A DNA stretch of 64,000 nt from an uncultured Syntrophobacteraceae bacterium (GCA_964557955.1 CAZLCS010000010.1:68470-132469), one strand, 5' to 3'. Counted from the stretch's first letter, positions 54,694-64,000 are shown. Numbers and translations: made by a program. The notes: a model not told the origin generated them from the sequence alone.

Positions 54694-56142
54694 TCACTTG
54701 CGCCAGAACTCGGGCACAAAGAGCACGATGACGGTGTAGATCTCCAGTCGTCCAAGCAGCATGCACAGTGAGAGGATCAGCTTGGCAAGTGCCGGGAGAT
54801 GGGCATAATTCTCCGTTGGCCCCACGGTTCCCAGACCCGGGCCGATATTGCCGATGCACGAAGCTGCGGCTGAAAAGGAGGTGATCACGTCCACTCCCAA
54901 CGCCGTCAGCAGAAAGGCGGACAATATGAAAAGTCCAAGATAGAGGATGAAGAAACCCCAGATGGACCGGGCGATATCGTCCGAGACCACACGCCCTCCA
55001 AGTTTCATGTGCTTCACGGAACGGGGATGGATGAGGTGCATGAGCTCGATGTGCACATGTTTGAGCAACACCAGGATGCGCATGCACTTCATTCCACCCC
55101 CCGTCGAGCCGGCGCAGCCTCCGAAAAACATACAGAAGAGCACCACCGCATGAGTGAGGGGGGGCCAGAGTTCATAGTCCGCCGTTGCATAGCCGGTCGT
55201 CGTGATGATCGAGACGACATGGAAAGCTGAGTAGCGGAAGGCGTCCCATGTGGTGTTGTAGACGCTCCCCCGGATGCTGAAAGCACAAATCAAAGTGAAC
55301 ACCGCTGCGATGCCGCAGAAAAACCGACATTCGGGGTCGCGCCAGAGCGCAGACGGCTTTCCCATCAAGGCCATGTAGTGCAGAGCGAAGTTGATCCCGG
55401 CGATCAACATGAAAACAGTGATCACGACATCGATATATGCGCTGCCGTAATGGCCCACGGAAGCATTCTTGGTGGAAAAACCTCCGGTGGCCATGGTACC
55501 GAAGGTGTGGCAAAGGGAGTCGAAAAGGTTCATGCCTCCCAGCAACAGCAGAATGGTCTCGATGATGGAGAAGAGGAAGTAAACCTTCCAGAGGAGCAGG
55601 GCGGTGTCACGCATGCGGGGTTTGAGCTTGTCCGCTACGGGACCGGGCACTTCAGCTCTGTAAAGCTGCATGCCGCCCACCCCCAGGAAGGGCAGGACCG
55701 CCAGGGAGAAGACAATGATCCCCATTCCGCCGAGCCAGTGGGTGAGACTGCGCCATAAAAGAATACCCTCGGAGACCTTCTCGATATCCGTCAGGACCGA
55801 AGCTCCCGTGGTGGTGAACCCCGAAACCGATTCGAAGATTGCATCCACGAAGGAAGGGAATGTGCCGGCAAAATAGAAGGGAAGAGCGCCCACCAGGCAG
55901 GCCCCGACCCAGCCGAGTGTCACGACGGCCATCCCCTCCCGGTGAGTGACTACGGTGACTTCTGCAGAGCGGAACACGACAAAGAGCGCCGTGCCGAGGC
56001 CCACGCTCACCAGGAGGGCATGCGTCAGGGCCGGCGCGCTGCCCTCCTCGCGCGCCAGTGCAAAGAGTATGGGAAAGACGAGCGTCATCCCGAGGCAGGC
56101 AATGAGGGCTCCTATGGACCGAAGCACATACCGCCATCGCAT
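54694..56142 (-). CDS. trkH: Trk-type K+ uptake membrane subunit
   Basis: 482-aa polytopic protein with GFTTTGA, ATGGFST and TTTGYAT selectivity-filter-like repeats. Confidence 0.9.
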   Translation of the reverse strand: MRWRYVLRSIGALIACLGMTLVFPILFALAREEGSAPALTHALLVSVGLGTALFVVFRSAEVTVVTHREGMAVVTLGWVGACLVGALPFYFAGTFPSFVDAIFESVSGFTTTGASVLTDIEKVSEGILLWRSLTHWLGGMGIIVFSLAVLPFLGVGGMQLYRAEVPGPVADKLKPRMRDTALLLWKVYFLFSIIETILLLLGGMNLFDSLCHTFGTMATGGFSTKNASVGHYGSAYIDVVITVFMLIAGINFALHYMALMGKPSALWRDPECRFFCGIAAVFTLICAFSIRGSVYNTTWDAFRYSAFHVVSIITTTGYATADYELWPPLTHAVVLFCMFFGGCAGSTGGGMKCMRILVLLKHVHIELMHLIHPRSVKHMKLGGRVVSDDIARSIWGFFILYLGLFILSAFLLTALGVDVITSFSAAASCIGNIGPGLGTVGPTENYAHLPALAKLILSLCMLLGRLEIYTVIVLFVPEFWRK

Positions 56143-57507
56143 CTAGAAGTACTCCAGCTTTACCATGAGCTCGCGCTCCACCTTGGGAATGGCCTTCCGT
56201 GTGGCCAGGATGATGACCCGATCCTGGGGCTGGATGACCGTGTCGCCGCTCGGAATCATACTTTCCCCGCCCCGAAGCGCCGCAAGGACGAGTGCTCCAC
56301 TCGGGAACTGCATCTCCTTGAGGGGCCTCCCCACGATTCCCGAATGCTCCTGTGCGACCGCCTCGAGCACCTCGGCTTCCTCCCCTTTGAGTGTCACGGC
56401 CGAGAGAACCTTCCCCTTGCGAATGTGTCGCAGGATCGTATTGACCGCAGAGAGGCGCGGGCTCACGATATGCCCCAGTCCGATGGCCGCCGCGATGGGC
56501 ATATAGGCGATCTTGTTGATCCGGGTGATGGTTCGTCGAGCGCCCAGCTGGCGGGCCAGAAGCGACGAAAGGATATTGTTCTCCTCGTCGCCCGTCACCG
56601 AAACGACCACATCCATGCCCTGGATGTTCTCCTCCTCGAGGAGCTCCTGGTCGGTGCCGTCCCCGTTCAATACGATGGTGTGGTCCAGCTGATCAGCCAG
56701 AGCATCGCACTTTTCACGGTTCTTCTCGATGAGCCGCACATGCAGGGAGGTCTTTTCCAGGCGCTGAGCCAGGCCCGCCCCGATGTTTCCGCCACCGATG
56801 ATGAGAACATGCCGAATGGGGACCGGTCGGCTGCCGAAAACCTCCAGGACTTCCTCCATCTGCGGTTTTTCGCAGACGCAGTAGACCAGGTCACCCGTGC
56901 GGATATAGCTTTTTCCAGTCGGTATGATCAGCCGGTTGTGCCTGATGATCGCGGCAATGATGAAGCGCAGCTCGCCGGTTCCCTGCCTGAGCTCGATCAG
57001 ATCCTTGCCGACGGCCGGGCAGTCCTCGTTGATGCGGATGCCCATAAACTGGATTCGGCCGTCTGCGAATTCGCTGATTTCCTCGGCGTTGGGGACTCTC
57101 ATGAGCCCCTCAAGGGTTTTGACCACCTCGAGCTCGGGGCTGATGATGTGATCGATTTCGAGGATCCGCTCGATCAGGTCAGGCCGGTAGTGGGTGTAGT
57201 CCGTGTTACGGATCCTCACCAGCTTGACGATACCGGCAGCCATGGCGTGGGCGAAGAGGGAAGCAACCAGGTTGGTCTCGTCGCTGTCGGTCACGGCCAG
57301 AAAGGTCTCGGCATCACGCACCCCGGCCTCGTCCAGGATCCTCGGATTGCTGCCGGAACCCTGGACGGTCTTGACATCCAGTAGGTCGGCAAAGCGCTTG
57401 AGGACTTCGGGGTTCTTGTCAATGACCACCACCTCCTTGCTCTCCATGGCCAGGCGATGAGCAATGTGGAAACCGACTTCCCCTCCTCCCACGATGACCA
57501 CCTTCAA
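56143..57507 (-). CDS. trkA: Trk system NAD-binding peripheral subunit
   Basis: Two RCK/TrkA-N repeats (MKVVIVGGGEVG and VLIIGGGNIGAGLA). Confidence 0.92.
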   Translation of the reverse strand: MKVVIVGGGEVGFHIAHRLAMESKEVVVIDKNPEVLKRFADLLDVKTVQGSGSNPRILDEAGVRDAETFLAVTDSDETNLVASLFAHAMAAGIVKLVRIRNTDYTHYRPDLIERILEIDHIISPELEVVKTLEGLMRVPNAEEISEFADGRIQFMGIRINEDCPAVGKDLIELRQGTGELRFIIAAIIRHNRLIIPTGKSYIRTGDLVYCVCEKPQMEEVLEVFGSRPVPIRHVLIIGGGNIGAGLAQRLEKTSLHVRLIEKNREKCDALADQLDHTIVLNGDGTDQELLEEENIQGMDVVVSVTGDEENNILSSLLARQLGARRTITRINKIAYMPIAAAIGLGHIVSPRLSAVNTILRHIRKGKVLSAVTLKGEEAEVLEAVAQEHSGIVGRPLKEMQFPSGALVLAALRGGESMIPSGDTVIQPQDRVIILATRKAIPKVERELMVKLEYF

Positions 57508-57710
57508 AGGGCATCCTCCTGCATCTTCAAGGGATCCTGCGAGTCAACGGCATGCTTGCACACTCATAGCAGATAAGGTGGGAGTGTTCCACACTCAATG
57601 GGTCCGGCGGCTGCCTGCAATGCTCATTTTGAATCAAGCCCGGGGAGCCGATTGATGCCGAAGTGACGGAATCAAAATAGAATCGTCTGTCGGGAGTGCC
57701 TGCTGCATCC

Positions 57711-58952
57711 TCAACGTCGCTTCAAGTATTCTCGAACGACCAGCGCGGCAGCGGCACCTTCTCCCGCAGCACTGACCACCTGCTTGGTGCTGCCCATGCG
57801 GACATCCCCTGCTGCAAACACGCCGGGCACGCTGGTTTCCAGCATATAGGGCGCGCGCACTTTGTACCCTACGATATGCCGGCCCTGCTGAGGCAGGTCG
57901 TAGCCGGTCAGAACGAAGCCCCACGGATCCAGGAGCACGCCGCTGCCTTCCAGGAAACGGGTATTGGGAATGAGGCCGATAAAGACGAAAGCCCCGTCGA
58001 CCTGCAGATCCTCCTCCTGGCCCGTCCGAGCATCCAGGACCCTCAGGTGAGACAACCTGGAGCTGGAGCCGAGGAATGCCTTGACCTGAGTTTGAAAGCG
58101 AATTTCAATTTTCGGGTTCTCGAAGACCTCTTCCTGGATCAGTCTTGTGGCACGAAACTCTTCTCCTCGCACCAGTATCGTGACGTGCTCGGCAAATTTC
58201 GTCAGGAACAGGCTCTCCTCGGTTGCGCTGTTTCCGCCACCGATGACGGCGACGCGCTTCCCCTTGTAGAAGGGGCCGTCGCAGGTGGCGCAAAAGTGGA
58301 CGCCGGCTCCCAGGTAGTCCGTCTCACCCGGAACACCAAGTCGCTTGTAGTGGCTTCCGGTGGCAATGAGCAAAGAGCGGGCGGTGTACTCCTTGCCGTT
58401 TTCGGTTTCCACAGCGTGCATTTCGGCACGCCGCGAGATCTTTGTGACCTGGTGGACCTGCAGCAGCTCAACGCCGAATCGCTCTGCCTGCCGACGCAGC
58501 CGCTGGGAGAACTCATTTCCGGTCACCCCGTCCGGAAAGCCGGGCATGTTGTCCAGTCTCTCCGTTCCGGCTGCCTGACCGCCGAAGGCCGACTTCTCAA
58601 TGACCAGTGTGTCGATGGCTTCTCGAGCCGTGTAGAGCGCCGCCGTCAGGCCGGCAGGACCACCCCCGATAACGATCAGATCATAATGAGATCGCGAAGC
58701 TTCGGTTTTCAATCCCAATTTGGCGGCCAGCGCCGCAACGGTGGGCTGGACCAGGAACGACCCATCACCGAAGACGATGGTCGGGATGATCCGTTTGCCG
58801 CCATTCTTTGCAATGACGAATCGCTCCGCCTCGGCGTCATCGTCGATGTTCACCCATCGGTAAGGGATTTGATGCTCTCCCAGAAAGATCTTGCTGTTCC
58901 GGCAGGCCGGACACGAGTGAGCGCCATAAACCGTGATCTCCGGTTCAGTCAT
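57711..58952 (-). CDS. Glutaredoxin-like domain fused to thioredoxin-disulfide reductase
   Basis: N-terminal YGAHSCPACRNSKIFL (CPxC), then DLIVIGGGPAGLTAA and the redox-active CATCDG. Confidence 0.88.
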   Translation of the reverse strand: MTEPEITVYGAHSCPACRNSKIFLGEHQIPYRWVNIDDDAEAERFVIAKNGGKRIIPTIVFGDGSFLVQPTVAALAAKLGLKTEASRSHYDLIVIGGGPAGLTAALYTAREAIDTLVIEKSAFGGQAAGTERLDNMPGFPDGVTGNEFSQRLRRQAERFGVELLQVHQVTKISRRAEMHAVETENGKEYTARSLLIATGSHYKRLGVPGETDYLGAGVHFCATCDGPFYKGKRVAVIGGGNSATEESLFLTKFAEHVTILVRGEEFRATRLIQEEVFENPKIEIRFQTQVKAFLGSSSRLSHLRVLDARTGQEEDLQVDGAFVFIGLIPNTRFLEGSGVLLDPWGFVLTGYDLPQQGRHIVGYKVRAPYMLETSVPGVFAAGDVRMGSTKQVVSAAGEGAAAALVVREYLKRR

Positions 58953-59153
58953 GAAAGACTCCTGTGCCTGGTTCCATCACGATTCCTCTCGCCGCCGAAA
59001 CTCGAAGTCTGGCCCGGACTGTGCTCGATGATGAGTCTGCCGACCCTGGCCCGGCCTTTGTGTTTTCCGGCGAATGCGTCGATATAAGTTGACACCTTGG
59101 TGCAGGTCGGACACGTGGGTGGGATAGCACAGCTGCAAAATGATCCTGGCAAC

Positions 59154-59750
59154 TTACCTGCCAGGCTCCAGTTCCCATGGATATCGGTCCTTCTTTACTG
59201 ATGTCCAATAGAGCCTGCCAGAGTCTCTCCATGCGTCAAGAACTATTCCTTCCTCGAAGCTCTGCCCCTTTGCAGAGATGACTACGCTGCTGTGAGTTCT
59301 CCACGATGAGTCGCGGTATGCGATGCAGCGGTGGAAGTCAAAACTTCTCTGATCCAATCCACGGAAGCGTTGGATCAGATCTGTCGACCAATGAAAACAC
59401 AATCCTCGCTTCTTTTTCCCTTTGTTCACGAGATAGTTGTGCAACAGAGGTGGGCGGACCAATTCATACTGGTTCGCAAGAACCATCGAAAACCTGATCG
59501 CCGTATTTGCGACCAGGAAAGCTTCTTGCTCGTCAATGTCATTACCCAGGGATTGCAGATCCTTTTTGAGGCTTAATACCTTCTCGCTATACTCGTCATG
59601 GACTGATGCATAGAGCAATGGATCGTCATTGGCTCCATTCCATGGCTCTTGATAATGAACAGTTCCACAACCGCTAAAGAAGAGGAACACGAGAAGAAGC
59701 AATCCCGCGGCCATCTGAACCCTCATTCGCAATATCCTGTAGTAGGTCAT
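59154..59750 (-). CDS. Lipoprotein, function unknown
   Basis: Lipobox FFSGC. The start overlaps the HAD stop (ATGA). Visibly more AT-rich than its neighbours. Confidence 0.65.
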   Translation of the reverse strand: MTYYRILRMRVQMAAGLLLLVFLFFSGCGTVHYQEPWNGANDDPLLYASVHDEYSEKVLSLKKDLQSLGNDIDEQEAFLVANTAIRFSMVLANQYELVRPPLLHNYLVNKGKKKRGLCFHWSTDLIQRFRGLDQRSFDFHRCIAYRDSSWRTHSSVVISAKGQSFEEGIVLDAWRDSGRLYWTSVKKDRYPWELEPGR

Positions 59751-60487
59751 TTCCTTTTTAAAAGGCTAATGGCTTGTCTCAGCTCGGCGAATTGATGGAT
59801 GATGCAGTCCGGCTCAACGCCCTCCATCTCCTTTTTGCCTTGGTTGGATGAGAAGAATACGGTTTTGATTCCGAGTCGAACGGCGCCGAAAATATCTCTG
59901 TACATATCGTTGCCCACAAAGACCACCTGCTTCGGCGCCAGCCTCATGCGGGAAAGGGCTGTCTCAAACAGCCTTCTGTCGGGTTTTCTGAAGCCGTAAT
60001 CGCTGGATATGATGATCGGATTGAAATAGGATTCAATCCCCAAGGCGCGCATCTCCGGCAGAACCCAGCCGCTTTGACCGTCGGAGACGACGGCCAGCCT
60101 GAAGCGGGAGTGCAATGCATCCAGCACTGCGTTCACCCCCGGGTAGAGATTCAACCTTTGGCGGGAGACGCCACGGTATATTTCAGCCAGAAAACCGGGC
60201 AACTGATCCGACTTGGCTGCGTGCACGAAGGCGGATGCTCCCGGATTTCGCCGGATTATCTCCCGCCAGACCTCTACGGCGTCAAACTCGGGGTATTCCT
60301 CCCCGCGAGCCAGACGCTGCTCTTCCATAATCCTGTAATACTGGTCCCTGATCTCTTGGGGATCCAGGCTGATTCCCTGATAAGTCAGGAAATGACTGAT
60401 GGCCCTGTAGATTTCGTCGGAGTCCTCATCGGTATGAATGTCGATGAGGGTGCCGTACAGATCAAAAAGGATGCCCCTGATCTTCAT
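59747..60487 (-). CDS. HAD-superfamily hydrolase (phosphatase)
   Basis: FDLYGTLID (DxD), AVVSDGQ and FVGNDMYRDI. Confidence 0.85.
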   Translation of the reverse strand: MKIRGILFDLYGTLIDIHTDEDSDEIYRAISHFLTYQGISLDPQEIRDQYYRIMEEQRLARGEEYPEFDAVEVWREIIRRNPGASAFVHAAKSDQLPGFLAEIYRGVSRQRLNLYPGVNAVLDALHSRFRLAVVSDGQSGWVLPEMRALGIESYFNPIIISSDYGFRKPDRRLFETALSRMRLAPKQVVFVGNDMYRDIFGAVRLGIKTVFFSSNQGKKEMEGVEPDCIIHQFAELRQAISLLKRK

Positions 60488-61488
60488 TTCCTCACCGTCA
60501 AGGTGTTCATGGCCTCAAGGATGAGGCGCTGTCGATAATGTTGATCGATCCATGAGTTTCGAGCGATGCGCAAGAGGGTTATGCCCATATAGAATGGGAC
60601 GCGTCGAGTGACGGAGAAGAAGGTGCTCTCCCGATCCGGAAAATGGCAGCAATATTCCCAAAGGAAATGCCCAATGAAAGGCTCGGCAGCGGACCAGTTG
60701 CCCGTGGCTCTGAAAAAGAGATGCTTCAGCTCACCGCAAAGTCGCCCTAAATCGAACACACGATCGGCCCACTGCATCCGCTCCAGATCAATGGCCATCA
60801 CGTCCCTGTCCCTGCCGAACAGCAGGTTGGACGGGGTCGCGTCGCCGTGGACCAGGACGGCGCAGTCATCCCACATGCAATCCTCCTTCAGCCAGATCTC
60901 CCCAAGGGAACGAAGCCTGTCGGAGAGCTCCTGCCCTAACCCCCTCTTTTCGATCAGCGATTTTAAGAGGCGTCCCATGTACTGGTGGCTTTCGTCGAAG
61001 TTGACGGTCCAGACGCTTGCAGTGCGATGGTGCAGAACGGCCAGGAAATGTGCCAGGGCCGCCAGCTTTCTGTACAATCGGTCACCCTTCCCGTGACGGA
61101 TGGCGCTGTCGATGATGCCGCTCAGGGAATCACCTTCGAGGTATTCGACCACGAGCACGTTGTCGATGCACGGGTTGAAGCCGTACGGTCGAACCACGTA
61201 GTGCGGAGGGAAGGAAAGCCCAAGGTTGCGCAGAAACAAGAGATTGTTGAATTCGGTTTCCCCTTTTCTGCGGGCATGTTCAGGATCGGACGATTTGAAG
61301 AACTTTCCGACCAGTCGGGCGGCTCCGTGTATTTCCTCGTAGAAATAGACGTCCTGGGAGTCGGTGAAACGGAAGACCCGGTAGCGGGCGTTGGGCGAAG
61401 AGCAACCCAGTTGGGGGGCGATATGAGATTGCAGGTATTCGAACAAGGGATCTTCACAGGGAAGATGCCCGAGGTAGCGACCGATCAT
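60484..61488 (-). CDS. Aminoglycoside-phosphotransferase-fold kinase-like protein
   Basis: VLVHGDATPSNLLF...AIDLERM (HGD..N / D.. catalytic pattern). Confidence 0.75.
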   Translation of the reverse strand: MIGRYLGHLPCEDPLFEYLQSHIAPQLGCSSPNARYRVFRFTDSQDVYFYEEIHGAARLVGKFFKSSDPEHARRKGETEFNNLLFLRNLGLSFPPHYVVRPYGFNPCIDNVLVVEYLEGDSLSGIIDSAIRHGKGDRLYRKLAALAHFLAVLHHRTASVWTVNFDESHQYMGRLLKSLIEKRGLGQELSDRLRSLGEIWLKEDCMWDDCAVLVHGDATPSNLLFGRDRDVMAIDLERMQWADRVFDLGRLCGELKHLFFRATGNWSAAEPFIGHFLWEYCCHFPDRESTFFSVTRRVPFYMGITLLRIARNSWIDQHYRQRLILEAMNTLTVRK

Positions 61489-61737
61489 CTATAGTCTCTG
61501 TGGCTTCGAAGCTTGAGGGATAGCCGCCTTGATGGCTGCCAGGGGCCACCTGCAGAAATAGCGATTCATCATATACAAAGAGGCTCCAATGCGTCCAGAC
61601 ATTCTTAGGTCGGCTGAAACCCTGTCACAAGCAAATTCGTGCAAGCTGACCATGGCGATCTCGAGTGATCGAGGGTTTCAGGAGGATTCCGGTAGCTCGC
61701 TCCAGCAACATGAACCCTCTTGTATGGACTGAACAGA

Positions 61738-61996
61738 CCTGGTATCCTGCTTTTGACATATCTGGCTGATCCGACGCACAGCAGCCTTGTTGTATGCCTC
61801 ATCACAAGTCATCCGGAGAATACTCCTTTCCCGACTTGGACCTGCGCCCTCTCCTGGGAATAATCTGGAAAAACCCTGCCAGATCATGGTGGACAAGGTC
61901 ATAACGGTTCGAAAAGACAAGGTGCGGCAGGTTGTTGGACGGATGGAAGACGACACGGTGGTTCGAGTTGAATGCTCGCTCGTGCTTTGGCTCGGA
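61738..61996 (+). pseudogene. Decayed MazF/PemK-family toxin remnant (frameshift near 61850, N-terminal deletion, no own stop)
   Basis: Frame 1 reads PGILLLTYLADP..SSLVVCLITSHPENTPFP. A +1-shifted frame reads LEKPCQIMVDKVITVRKDKVRQVVGRMEDDTVVRVECSLVLWLG. Together these resemble the PemK pattern GDI..VDF...V.PITS...P.EV.L...GL.K.S...DQI.T.DK.R....G.L. Confidence 0.45.
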
Positions 61997-62128
61997 ACTG
62001 GCGTAGGGTCCTTTTCTCAAGTTCGCCTGTCTTGCACATCCAGATCATCTTCGTTATGCGTCAGGTGCCCACCGGTCGTTTCCGATGTGGCAAACAAAGG
62101 TTATCCATCAAAATGGAAAGGAGCGCTA

Positions 62129-62617
62129 ATGGGCATCTACCTCCATTTGATCGATGAGCGTGCACCTGGAGGATTCGAGATCATTCTCGATGGGGTTCCT
62201 CGTGCCTACCGAAAGCTCAGGGTTACCGCAGGCGAAGCAATGACAGCCGTTGTCGAACGCATCTGTCACGAATTCAGGAGATGGAGTCTCGATGTGATTC
62301 GTATCTGCAGCCATGGCAACGCATCAGCTCCGGACATCGGTTTCGGTGAGAGGCTGAACTGTACAAATGCCAGCGCTTTCAGGCTGGTTCGCCCGCTGTG
62401 GCGTGTTCTCTACGCACCAGACGATCACGGAATGAGCTATCGAGTTGTCGTTCCACGCATAGAGATCCACTCCTGTGGAGCAGCGAACGGTGCTCAAGCG
62501 ATGTGTGGGGCTTTGGCATCTGCGGCAGGTGCCCCCGTTTTCGCAAGCCTCGACGATCAGGAGGCGGGCAGCAGCTGGCTGATGGAGGGGCGGCTTCGTC
62601 GTTTCAACCCCTGGTAG
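62129..62617 (+). CDS. Stand-alone DUF4347-like domain protein (family recalled from memory)
   Basis: The ATG has a GGAAAGGAG RBS. IRICSHGNASAPDIGFGERL ... IEIHSCGAANGAQAMCGALASAAGAPVFASLDDQ fits the SHG..G.l.lG / lygC.vA.G..G...La..tGa.V.AS pattern. Confidence 0.55.
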   Translation: MGIYLHLIDERAPGGFEIILDGVPRAYRKLRVTAGEAMTAVVERICHEFRRWSLDVIRICSHGNASAPDIGFGERLNCTNASAFRLVRPLWRVLYAPDDHGMSYRVVVPRIEIHSCGAANGAQAMCGALASAAGAPVFASLDDQEAGSSWLMEGRLRRFNPW

Positions 62618-62692
62618 AGGCGTATCTCAGGAAACCGGCACAGACACGGAGTATCGAATTCGTGAGTGCGACTGCGATGGAGGAGGACGACC

Positions 62693-63733
62693 ATGGGGAT
62701 GGATGCTGAATACTACCGGATCTTCAAGGAAATGAGCAGGACGATCAATTCAACCCTCTCCGTAGAGCAGCGTCTCAAGAAACTGGCTGAGGGCATGGTC
62801 AAGGCGCTCGGTGTCAAGGGATGTACGATCCGGCTTATGGACGAGGCCCGCAGGACGCTTGAGCTGGCCGCATCCTGCGGTCTGAGCGGGGACTATTTCA
62901 GGAAGGGAGCGGTCCAGGCCGACCTGAGCGTTGCGGAAGCCATGGTGGGGCGTACGGTCGTCATCAGGGATGCTCGAACCGATCCCCGGATCCAGTACCC
63001 CGAGGCTGCGAGAAGGGAGGGTATCGTCTCCATCCTGTCGATCCCCATTATCGTGAGGGGAAGGGTCATAGGAGTACTGAAGCTGCATGCGACCGAGGAG
63101 AAGAATTTCACGCCGGAAGAGATCGAATTCGCCACATCTCTTGCGGAGCACGGAGCGCTCGCCGTCGACAACGCCCGACTGCTCGATCAGGCCATCAACG
63201 AGATCCAGTACCTCAAAGCCGTGACGGAAGTCGCGAAGGCCCTTTCCTCGACACTTGACGCTGAGAAGGTTCTGGAACTGATCGTCACCCGGGCGGTGCA
63301 GATCCTCAATGTGAAAGCGTGCTCCCTGCGTCTTCTGAACCCGGCGACCGGCCGGCTGGAGCTCACTTGCTCCCACGGCCTCAGCGCGGCGTATCTCGAC
63401 AAGGGCCCGGTCGACAGGGACAGGAGCATCGCGAACAGCATGGACGGAGAGGTGGTGTCGATCCTGGATGCGTCGACCGATACAAGACTTCAGTACCCGG
63501 AGCATGCCAGGCAGGAAGGCATCGCGTCCATCCTCTCGGTTCCGGTGTTTCTGAAGGACAGAGTCATCGGTGTGCTGCGCCTCTATACCTCGTCGCCGCG
63601 CAAGTTCTCCGGGTCGGAAATCGAGCTTGCCCAATCCATGGCCGAATTCGGTGCACTGGCTCTCCAGAACGCCAGGCTCCACGAAAACGTTCGCGTGGAT
63701 TGCCGGCCGGTCACGGAGCCTGCTTACGTTTAG
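62693..63733 (+). CDS. Tandem GAF-domain protein
   Basis: Two repeats of the type C(T/S)(I/L)RL..........L....GLS..Y....V......S.A......V.I.DA.TD.R.QYPE.AR.EGI.SILS.P. GGAGGAGG RBS. Confidence 0.8.
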   Translation: MGMDAEYYRIFKEMSRTINSTLSVEQRLKKLAEGMVKALGVKGCTIRLMDEARRTLELAASCGLSGDYFRKGAVQADLSVAEAMVGRTVVIRDARTDPRIQYPEAARREGIVSILSIPIIVRGRVIGVLKLHATEEKNFTPEEIEFATSLAEHGALAVDNARLLDQAINEIQYLKAVTEVAKALSSTLDAEKVLELIVTRAVQILNVKACSLRLLNPATGRLELTCSHGLSAAYLDKGPVDRDRSIANSMDGEVVSILDASTDTRLQYPEHARQEGIASILSVPVFLKDRVIGVLRLYTSSPRKFSGSEIELAQSMAEFGALALQNARLHENVRVDCRPVTEPAYV

Positions 63734-63832
63734 CGGTGGCGGAGAGAAAGGATCACAGGATCCCGTTCATCGTTCGACCCCTCCCCTTTGGGAGTGGAGA
63801 GGGCCAAGGTCAAATCGGCCGACATGTGCCAA

Positions 63833-64000
63833 GTACACCTCCACAGAAAAAGATGTCCATTTCGCCGCTCGTCATGCCGGCAATCTTTACCATGGAAATA
63901 GATTTCCATGCATGGGGGTGAGCGCCGCAAATGCTCATGGCCGTTAAGCCGGCATCCAGCTTTTTTGTGGATTTCGGCCAAACAAGTCATGAAGCGCCCT
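63833..64000. mobile_element. MITE-like element, copy D (inverted relative to copy C, ~56-bp internal insertion, truncated by the window end)
   Basis: The first ~58 nt (GTACACCTCCACAGAAAAAGATGTCCATTTCGCCGCTCGTCATGCCGGCAATCTTTA) are nearly identical to the reverse complement of the copy C right arm. An unrelated hairpin-containing insert follows, then TAAGCCGGCATCCAGCTTTTTTGTGGAT resumes. Confidence 0.65.

Noticed and set aside
55942-59087. Long plus-strand ORFs 55942-57384 and 57696-59087.
   Set aside because: They are antisense to trkH/trkA and to the Grx-TrxR fusion, both of which have unambiguous motifs. The composition is typical of GC-rich antisense frames.
1-64000. Search for tRNA, rRNA, tmRNA, RNase P RNA, SRP RNA, group II intron, retron or DGR features, integrases and defence genes.
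   Set aside because: None of the conserved cores I know was seen by eye in any intergenic region (for example GAGGAAAGTCCGGGC for RNase P, the tmRNA 5' end, or group II domain V). No reverse transcriptase, integrase, nuclease or methylase genes are present. This is a visual scan only and does not replace cmscan or tRNAscan.

Overview
This is a GC-rich bacterial chromosomal segment. Its gene content looks like a deltaproteobacterial-type anaerobe (many sigma-54 and two-component genes, an iron-sulfur flavoprotein, an Mrp antiporter), but the taxon is inference only. I support about 55 protein genes. In window order they are: an Mrp/Mnh multisubunit cation:proton antiporter operon (E-F-G-B'-B-C-D-D, running off the left edge); a roughly 16-kb run of minus-strand sensory genes (NtrC-type sigma-54 activator, two LivK-like binding proteins, hybrid kinase, Cys-tailed response regulator, PhnD-like binding protein, Cys-rich kinase, ExeA/GspB pair, PAS kinase); a dCache kinase and a lone receiver; a sigma-54-promoted usp/TauE-like/lipoprotein membrane module; a J-domain protein; a GAF hybrid kinase; a pxpBCA 5-oxoprolinase operon with an embedded DUF1445 gene; a LysM-FecR protein with a CHASE2 hybrid kinase; prkA-yeaH-spoVR plus a second PrkA paralog; a FliK-like/FlhB-C-like pair; trkAH; a Grx-TrxR fusion; a small kinase/HAD/lipoprotein operon; a decayed MazF-like toxin; and a double-GAF protein. 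I saw no rRNA, tRNA, CRISPR array, intact IS element, prophage or recognisable defence genes. I did not find a clear-cut new multi-gene system. The signals the gene list does not explain are non-coding. First, a ~147-bp hairpin-forming MITE-like element occurs in four copies with TNA target duplications, and one insertion has a paralogous empty site. Second, heptanucleotide tandem arrays (GARACYN) occur at four intergenic loci, two of them exactly between a sensor-partner gene and its histidine kinase. Third, two almost identical sigma-54 promoters are present; one drives a ~195-nt transcript ending at a canonical terminator just upstream of prkA, inside a 1.1-kb ORF-free, hairpin-rich gap. 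All family names come from motif recognition by eye, with no database search. Many long ORFs in the track are antisense shadows and were rejected.
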